A stretch of 64,000 nt of DNA from NCBI GenBank assembly GCA_963790475.1, contig CAWBOS010000006.1:224001-288000 (forward strand). The letters are read 5' to 3'. The stretch is from an uncultured delta proteobacterium. Lineage in GTDB: Bacteria; Desulfobacterota; RBG-13-43-22. The notes under the pieces were generated by a model, which saw only the letters and a program-made list of their open reading frames with translations, was not told the DNA's origin and did no database searches. The position numbers and the translations under genes were made by a program. Shown here piece by piece: positions 58,029 to 64,000 of the stretch. Each line of letters begins with the position of its first letter. Position 1 is the stretch's first letter.

Positions 58029-58254
58029 AAGTCAGGTGGGAGAGAATACTCCCCAGGGTTATCCAAAAGGTACTCCGGCGTCCTTTTTCCGGCCCAGACT
58101 ATTAAATGGCTTTAGAAATAAGGATATGCTTCGGCAGAATCATAAAACTATTTCCCTTGGCCTGCTTTTAAAATAATTTCATAAGCCGGCAAAGAAATCG
58201 TTATCCTGAGGGATGGGGTTGGCACCCAGGGGAACGTCCCCTCCCACCTGACTT
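58029..58254. repeat. 226-bp segment bounded by inverted repeats (MITE-like or structured RNA)
   Basis: aagtcaggtgggag (58029-58042) and ctcccacctgactt (58241-58254) perfect, extending imperfectly to about 30 bp. Confidence 0.6.
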
Positions 58255-58334
58255 TTGACGTCCTCGGGGGAAGGTGAAGAGAGGAAAGGGGAAAAGGGGT
58301 TGTTTAATCAGGGAGGGTTTGTTATACTTTTTTA

Positions 58335-58991
58335 ATGGGACCGATAAAAAATTCCAAACTGCTGGACATCTATGATCTACTCCACAGGCATTTAGGTCCC
58401 AGCCACTGGTGGCCGGGGGACAGTCCCCTGGAAGTCATGGTGGGCGCCATCCTGACCCAGAATACGGCCTGGAGTAATGTCGAACAGGCGATCGGACGGT
58501 TAAAGTCCGAAGGGGCTCTTTCCGCTTCTTTTCTGCACCAGGTGGATGAGAGGGTTTTGTCGGAATGGATACGTCCGGCCGGGTATTTTCGCATCAAGGC
58601 CGGGAGATTAAAAAATTTTTTTGATTTTTATATCCGGGAATATCAGGGGCAAATAAAAAAAATAAAAAACCAGCCCCTGGAATCCCTTCGTCAGCAGTTG
58701 CTTTCGGTGAAGGGCATCGGACCGGAGACGGCGGACAGTATCCTGCTTTACGCCCTGGGAATGCCCACCTTTGTGGTCGATGCCTACACCCATCGCATCT
58801 TTTCCCGTCACCAGCTCATCGATGAGGATATTGGTTATGAAGAACTCCGGGCTTATTTTATGGATCATTTGCCTTCGGACCCTCCATTGTATAATGAATA
58901 CCACGCCCTTTTGGTGCGCCTGGGAAAGGAGTATTGTAAGAAAAAGAACCCCCGGTGTGATGAGTGTCCTTTGAAGGAGATGGAGTTGTGA
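58335..58991 (+). CDS. Endonuclease III-related HhH-GPD protein
   Basis: GAILTQNT, KGIGPETAD, VDAY, C-terminal Cys cluster. Confidence 0.92.
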   Translation: MGPIKNSKLLDIYDLLHRHLGPSHWWPGDSPLEVMVGAILTQNTAWSNVEQAIGRLKSEGALSASFLHQVDERVLSEWIRPAGYFRIKAGRLKNFFDFYIREYQGQIKKIKNQPLESLRQQLLSVKGIGPETADSILLYALGMPTFVVDAYTHRIFSRHQLIDEDIGYEELRAYFMDHLPSDPPLYNEYHALLVRLGKEYCKKKNPRCDECPLKEMEL

Positions 58992-59046
58992 CGGGCGATG
59001 AAAAGTTCCAGGAAAAGATCGAGGCCGTCGGCCGGAAGGGAAACCC

Positions 59047-59883
59047 TTGAGTCGTAAACGAAGTTCCTCCAGGAGATCCATCGGTTTTTATCAAAAATTG
59101 GAAAACGATGATATCTTTTTCCTGGCCTCAGGGTTGGCTTTTAATTTGTTGGTTTGTTTTATACCCCTCCTTCTGGTGATCTTATCGATTCTAGGGTTTT
59201 TTCTCCATTCTTCACAGGATATCCTCGGGTACATCCAGATGTATCTGGAAAAGATGCTCCCTCAAGCCTCTTCCCGGTTGACTTTCAATATCTTGAACTT
59301 GATCAAAGACCGAAAATTAGTGGGGTTAATCGGATTTCTGGGTTTGCTATGGGCGGCTACCCGTCTGTTTGGTTCCATCCGCACAGTGCTGGATAAGACC
59401 CTGGAATCGACCTTGCAGCATGGGTATTTAAAAGAAATCCTGTATGATTTGGTCATGGTCCTTATTACCGGGCTCTTCTTTTTGATTTCGATTGTCCTGA
59501 CGAGTATTTTCGGTCTGATAAAAACCTTTCCGGAACGAATCGGGATCCCTTGGCCAGGAATATTTCATTTTCATTGGGGAGCAAAGCTGGTTGGGTTGGG
59601 GGTAGGTTACTTTTTTTCTGTATTGATGTTTTTTATCTTATTTCGCTTTATGCCCAGTCGCCGGCCGAACCATAAGATTGCCTTGGTCACCTCCTTGCTG
59701 GTTGCCGGATTATGGGAGATAGCTAAATATCTTTTTCGTCTTTATGTGAATTTTATCAATAATTTTACAGCGGTTTATGGCTCTTTGGGTTTGCTGGTAG
59801 TCCTTTTTTTCTGGATCTATTACTCCTGCCTGATCTTTGTTATCGGAGGAGAATTGATCTGGCTCTTCCAAAAACGGAAATAG
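59047..59883 (+). CDS. YihY/BrkB-family membrane protein
   Basis: ASGLAF...IPLLL, VYGSLG...WIYYS...GGEL. Confidence 0.9.
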   Translation: MSRKRSSSRRSIGFYQKLENDDIFFLASGLAFNLLVCFIPLLLVILSILGFFLHSSQDILGYIQMYLEKMLPQASSRLTFNILNLIKDRKLVGLIGFLGLLWAATRLFGSIRTVLDKTLESTLQHGYLKEILYDLVMVLITGLFFLISIVLTSIFGLIKTFPERIGIPWPGIFHFHWGAKLVGLGVGYFFSVLMFFILFRFMPSRRPNHKIALVTSLLVAGLWEIAKYLFRLYVNFINNFTAVYGSLGLLVVLFFWIYYSCLIFVIGGELIWLFQKRK

Positions 59884-60090
59884 CCCAGTTCAGCTCGAAT
59901 CTCCTTTCAGGGGTAATTTATTCCGATATGGGAAAACATAAGGTAAGGATAAAACAATTCAGGATGCACGATCCACATTAGTTACCGGGAAAAAGAGATA
60001 ACCATGAAATGAACTAAGGGGTTTTATCCGGTATCGAGCCCCTTGTTTCATTCCTTTTCACCAAATAAAGGAATTTTTTAAAAAAATAAA

Positions 60091-61431
60091 ATGACTTCTG
60101 AAATATCAAAATCCGATCAATCGAAAGATCTTCCCCTTCCTCCCCTGGCCGAGAGGATGCGTCCCCGAAACCTGGAAGAATTTGTGGGGCAAGAGCACCT
60201 GCTGGGGGCGGGAAAATTCTTGCGCCGGATGTTGGAGTCGGGGAAGATCTTCCCTATGATCTTCTGGGGACCACCGGGATCAGGCAAGACCACCCTGGCC
60301 CAGATGATGGCCCGCTATACTCGGGCCCATTTCGTCCAATTCTCAGCTGTCCTTTCCGGGGTCAAAGAGATTCGGGAAGTAGTCAAGGAAGCCGAAGAAC
60401 GGTTAAAGGAGAAGGGGCAAAGCACTATTTTATTTGTCGATGAAATCCATCGGTTCAATAAGGCCCAGCAGGATGCTTTCTTGCCCCATGTGGAAAAGGG
60501 AAGCATCATCCTTATTGGAGCCACCACAGAAAATCCTTCTTTTGAGGTTATTGCCCCCTTGCTCTCCCGGACCAAGGTCCTGGTCTTAAAATCCTTAACC
60601 GGATCGGATTTGGAAAAGATTGTTCAAATCGCCCTCCGGGATTCGGAAAGGGGACTAGGGAAAATCCGGGCTCATCTGACCCCGGATGCCCTGGAGTTGA
60701 TTATAAGCCTGGCCGACGGGGACGCCCGAATCGCCTTGAATACCCTGGAGCAGGCCTTGTCCTTTACACAACCCGAGGCCGATGGCACACGCCTTATCAG
60801 CCGGACTATGGTGGAAGAAGCCCTGCAAAAAAAAGCTCTAAGATACGACAAGGCCGGAGAAGAACATTACAATCTGATATCCGCTCTCCATAAAAGTCTG
60901 CGGGGCAGTGATCCCGATGGGGCCTTGTACTGGCTGGCCCGGATGCTGGAGGCCGGGGAAGACCCCCTTTACTTGGCCCGGCGTCTGGTTCGATTCGCTT
61001 CGGAAGATATAGGCTTGGCTGATCCCCAGGCCCTGCAACAGGCTTTGGCGGCTAAGGAGGCCTATCATTTTTTAGGAACCCCGGAAGGAGAACTGGCTTT
61101 GGTTCAAGCGACCATTTATCTGGCCACTGCCCCCAAGAGCAACGCCCTTTATCAGGCCCAGGGCCTGATCAAAAAGGTTATTGAAAAAACCGGGGCCCTG
61201 CCGGTCCCTCTGCACCTCCGAAATGCCCCGACATCCCTGATGAAAGGTTTGGGGTACGGCCGGGGATACCGTTATGCCCACGACTATCCGGAAGGGCTGG
61301 TGGCCCAGGAGAATTTCCCTGAGGAATTAAAAGGCCGCAGGTTTTATCATCCAACAGATCGGGGATTTGAAAAAACGATTAAAACCCGTTTGGAATATTG
61401 GCGGAAAAAGTTGAATTTAGTAACCTCTTAG
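60091..61431 (+). CDS. rarA: Replication-associated recombination protein A
   Basis: PLAERMRP, GPPGSGKT, DEIHRFNKAQQD, ATTENP, HKSLRGSD. Confidence 0.96.
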   Translation: MTSEISKSDQSKDLPLPPLAERMRPRNLEEFVGQEHLLGAGKFLRRMLESGKIFPMIFWGPPGSGKTTLAQMMARYTRAHFVQFSAVLSGVKEIREVVKEAEERLKEKGQSTILFVDEIHRFNKAQQDAFLPHVEKGSIILIGATTENPSFEVIAPLLSRTKVLVLKSLTGSDLEKIVQIALRDSERGLGKIRAHLTPDALELIISLADGDARIALNTLEQALSFTQPEADGTRLISRTMVEEALQKKALRYDKAGEEHYNLISALHKSLRGSDPDGALYWLARMLEAGEDPLYLARRLVRFASEDIGLADPQALQQALAAKEAYHFLGTPEGELALVQATIYLATAPKSNALYQAQGLIKKVIEKTGALPVPLHLRNAPTSLMKGLGYGRGYRYAHDYPEGLVAQENFPEELKGRRFYHPTDRGFEKTIKTRLEYWRKKLNLVTS

Positions 61432-61485
61432 TGATAGTGTAAAAAGTACGAACCAAAATCCGATTTTTTTTAAAGGGAAAACAAG

Positions 61486-62910
61486 ATGAAAAGATGCCTG
61501 GATTCGTCCTGGACTCAGGAAATGAGAGTGGAGATCGACGCCAACCTGATGATGCTCCAGGCCCTAGGGGAAAAGGAAGGGATTTCCGAAGAAGAACTTG
61601 AAAAGCTGCAACCTGCGATCCAAACCATTCACGGACAACTTGAAGAAGAAAAAGGCCAAGACCATCTCCCTTTTCTGACCATACCCTTTGAGCTGTCACT
61701 GGGACCAAAAATAAAAAAATTTGTTCAGGGAACCAAGCCCTGGGTGGAAAATTTTGTGGTCCTGGGCATTGGCGGATCGGCCCTGGGGGCCAAGGCCCTC
61801 CATACGGCCCTTTCCCATCCCCATTATAACCTGTTATCCAAAACCATGCGAAAGGGATTTCCACGGCTCTTTGTAACCGATAATGTGGACCCTGATGGAT
61901 TTAAAGCCCTGTTGGATCTTCTGGAAGTAAGAAAGACCCTCTTCAATGTGATCAGCAAATCGGGTGGAACGGCTGAAACCATGAGCCAGTTTTTGATTAT
62001 CAGGGATTTGCTTAAGAAAAAGCTGGGCAACCGGAAGGAAAAGGATCACCTGGTGATTACCACCGATCCGGTGCAGGGAGTGCTGAGAAAAATCGCTGAA
62101 GAAGAACAATTTAAAAGTTTTGAAATACCCTCGTTGCTGGGAGGAAGGTTCTCGGTCCTTTCGGCCGTCGGGTTACTGCCGGCCGCTATGTGCGGAATCG
62201 ATATCGAGGAATTACAGGCCGGGGCCAGGGAAATGGCCGGACGCTGTCAGAACCCTTCCCTGTGGGAAAATCCGGCCTACGGGTGCGCCTGTTTGTCCTT
62301 CCTGAGTTATAAACAGATGAGAAAAAATATCCGGGTGATCATGCCCTACGGGGATGCCCTGAAAGGAATGGGGGAGTGGTTTTGCCAATTATGGGCCGAA
62401 AGTTTAGGGAAGCGGTTTAATCTCAAAGGGCGGGAGATTTGGAACGGTCAAACGCCGGTGACGGCCCTGGGGGCCACGGATCAGCATTCTCAGCTGCAAT
62501 TGTATATGGAAGGACCCGGAGACAAAGTTTTTTCCTTTTTGGGAATCAAAAATTTTGCCGGCCTGATCCCCTTGCCGAAACTGTATCCCAAGACGGAAGA
62601 ACTGGCCTACTTGGGAGGCCATTCCCTGAACCAATTAATTCAAGCCGAAATGCAGGCCACCCGCTTAACTCTGGCCAAAAATGGGCGTCCCAGTTTAACG
62701 ATCACTTTGCCTAAAATCAATCCGTTCACCATTGGTCAACTGATCTTTTTGTGGGAACTGGAAACTTATGTCTGCGGCCGGTTGATGGGCATTAATCCCC
62801 TGAACCAGCCCGGGGTGGAAGAAGGAAAAAAGATGACCTATGCCTTCCTGGGGAGAAAGGGATTTGAAAGGGAAGGCCAAGATGGGGGACTCCCTGTCAA
62901 AACCCAATAA
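61486..62910 (+). CDS. pgi: Glucose-6-phosphate isomerase
   Basis: GIGGSALG, SKSGGTAET, GGRFS, QLWAESLGK, QPGVEEGK. Confidence 0.95.
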   Translation: MKRCLDSSWTQEMRVEIDANLMMLQALGEKEGISEEELEKLQPAIQTIHGQLEEEKGQDHLPFLTIPFELSLGPKIKKFVQGTKPWVENFVVLGIGGSALGAKALHTALSHPHYNLLSKTMRKGFPRLFVTDNVDPDGFKALLDLLEVRKTLFNVISKSGGTAETMSQFLIIRDLLKKKLGNRKEKDHLVITTDPVQGVLRKIAEEEQFKSFEIPSLLGGRFSVLSAVGLLPAAMCGIDIEELQAGAREMAGRCQNPSLWENPAYGCACLSFLSYKQMRKNIRVIMPYGDALKGMGEWFCQLWAESLGKRFNLKGREIWNGQTPVTALGATDQHSQLQLYMEGPGDKVFSFLGIKNFAGLIPLPKLYPKTEELAYLGGHSLNQLIQAEMQATRLTLAKNGRPSLTITLPKINPFTIGQLIFLWELETYVCGRLMGINPLNQPGVEEGKKMTYAFLGRKGFEREGQDGGLPVKTQ

Positions 62911-62934
62911 AAAATTTATTCTGTAGTTTGATCT

Positions 62935-64000
62935 ATGGAAATCCTACCGGAAACCACCAAGCCTTTTAAACTGGTCAAATACTTTTTTTTGAGCAGCTTT
63001 ATTGTTATGTTGATTTTTGCCGTATCCTTGACCCTGTTCATAACCCAACGCTCCAAAGAGGCCTTACTGAAAAAAAGCGAGGCTTTTGCCGTACTTCTGG
63101 CCGAGAATCTCAATCATCAGGTGTTTTTTTACTTTGAACTGCCGCTTACCCTGCAGAAAAAAGAGGTCCGGCTGAGAGACCCCAAACAATTTAAATGGTT
63201 GGATCAATATCATTCGAAATACGATTTACAGTTTTAAAATTGAAAAAGTCAATATGTATGACCCGCTCAATATTATCGCCTACAGTACCGAACAATCCTT
63301 GGTCGGCAAGAAAGGAGTAGGGGGTACGGATTTTAAAAAAGCAATGACCGGGAAAAATTCCTCCCGATTCATTTCCGAGGGTGTCTTTTTGAAATTTCGC
63401 CCTTGGGAAAAGGCTCCGACCGGAAAATTAATCACCACCATTCCCTTTCGGGTGGACCCCTCTATCCAACCCGACGCTAGAATTCTGGGGGTCTTTGAGA
63501 TCACCCAGGATATTTCCAAGGATTACGAGGCTATTTTCAGGGATCAATACTTGATGGTTTTTTTCTCGATCGGTCTTATGGCCCTCCTGTACCTGATCCT
63601 TTTGTTTATCGTCAAACGCGGCGAGATGATCATGGAAAGAAAGGCTCAAGAACAAAAGCGGTTAGTCGATAAACTGCACCAGTCCGAACGGATGGCTTCC
63701 TTGGGGGAGATGATTGCCTCGGTCTCTCATGAGATTAAGAATCCCCTGGGGATCATTCGCAGTACGGCCGATCTGCTGGAAAAAAAGGTGATTCAATTTG
63801 AACCTCAAAACCAATTGGCTTCGATCATTCGGGAAGAAGCCGATCGGTTGAATCGTATCGTGACCGAGTTCCTGGATTTTGCCCGACCCCAGATCCCCAG
63901 GATGGACCAGGTTCGGATCGAAACGATATTGGAAAAAAATTTACATTTTTTAGGTCCGGAATTGGCTCGCCGGGGGATAACGGTTCAGAAAGATTTTATC
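62935..64000 (+). pseudogene. Sensor histidine kinase with a frameshift near 63207, running off the window
   Basis: LDQ then shifted frame IIRNTIYSFKIEKV...SERMASLGEMIASVSHEIKNPL (H-box). Confidence 0.75.

Overview
Chromosomal window from an anaerobic Desulfobacterota/Deltaproteobacteria-like bacterium (inferred from ahbC, several sigma-54 two-component systems and the dcw gene order). It has three zones. (1) 1-10.6 kb is an accessory array of eight type II toxin-antitoxin operons (one toxin decayed), a papain-like protease and a membrane protein. These are separated by a modular, hairpin-rich dispersed repeat (complementary L and R arms, always in the same orientation) and by many degenerate 7/8/9-nt tandem-repeat tracts. 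(2) 10.8-26 kb is an exosortase/PEP-CTERM locus (xrt, prsK, prsR, a PEP-CTERM target with sigma-54 promoter and enhancer boxes, a PrsT-like TPR lipoprotein). It is interrupted twice by four-helix-bundle (23S rRNA IVP/Avd-like) genes bracketed by inverted heptamer repeats, and also holds a ~98-nt group IIC intron remnant and a GlrK-QseG-GlrR-like system. (3) 26-64 kb is housekeeping DNA (hsp20, UvrD-like helicase, ferredoxin, ThiF/MoeB, ahbC, ClpX-like ATPase, mraZ-ftsZ dcw cluster, fusA, rarA, pgi), and empty versions of the same repeat brackets recur at its gene junctions. The most notable signal is this repeat-bracketed cassette architecture, seen as filled and empty sites that often overlap stop codons, with no integrase or transposase in the window. 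All annotations come from visual motif recognition; no searches were run.
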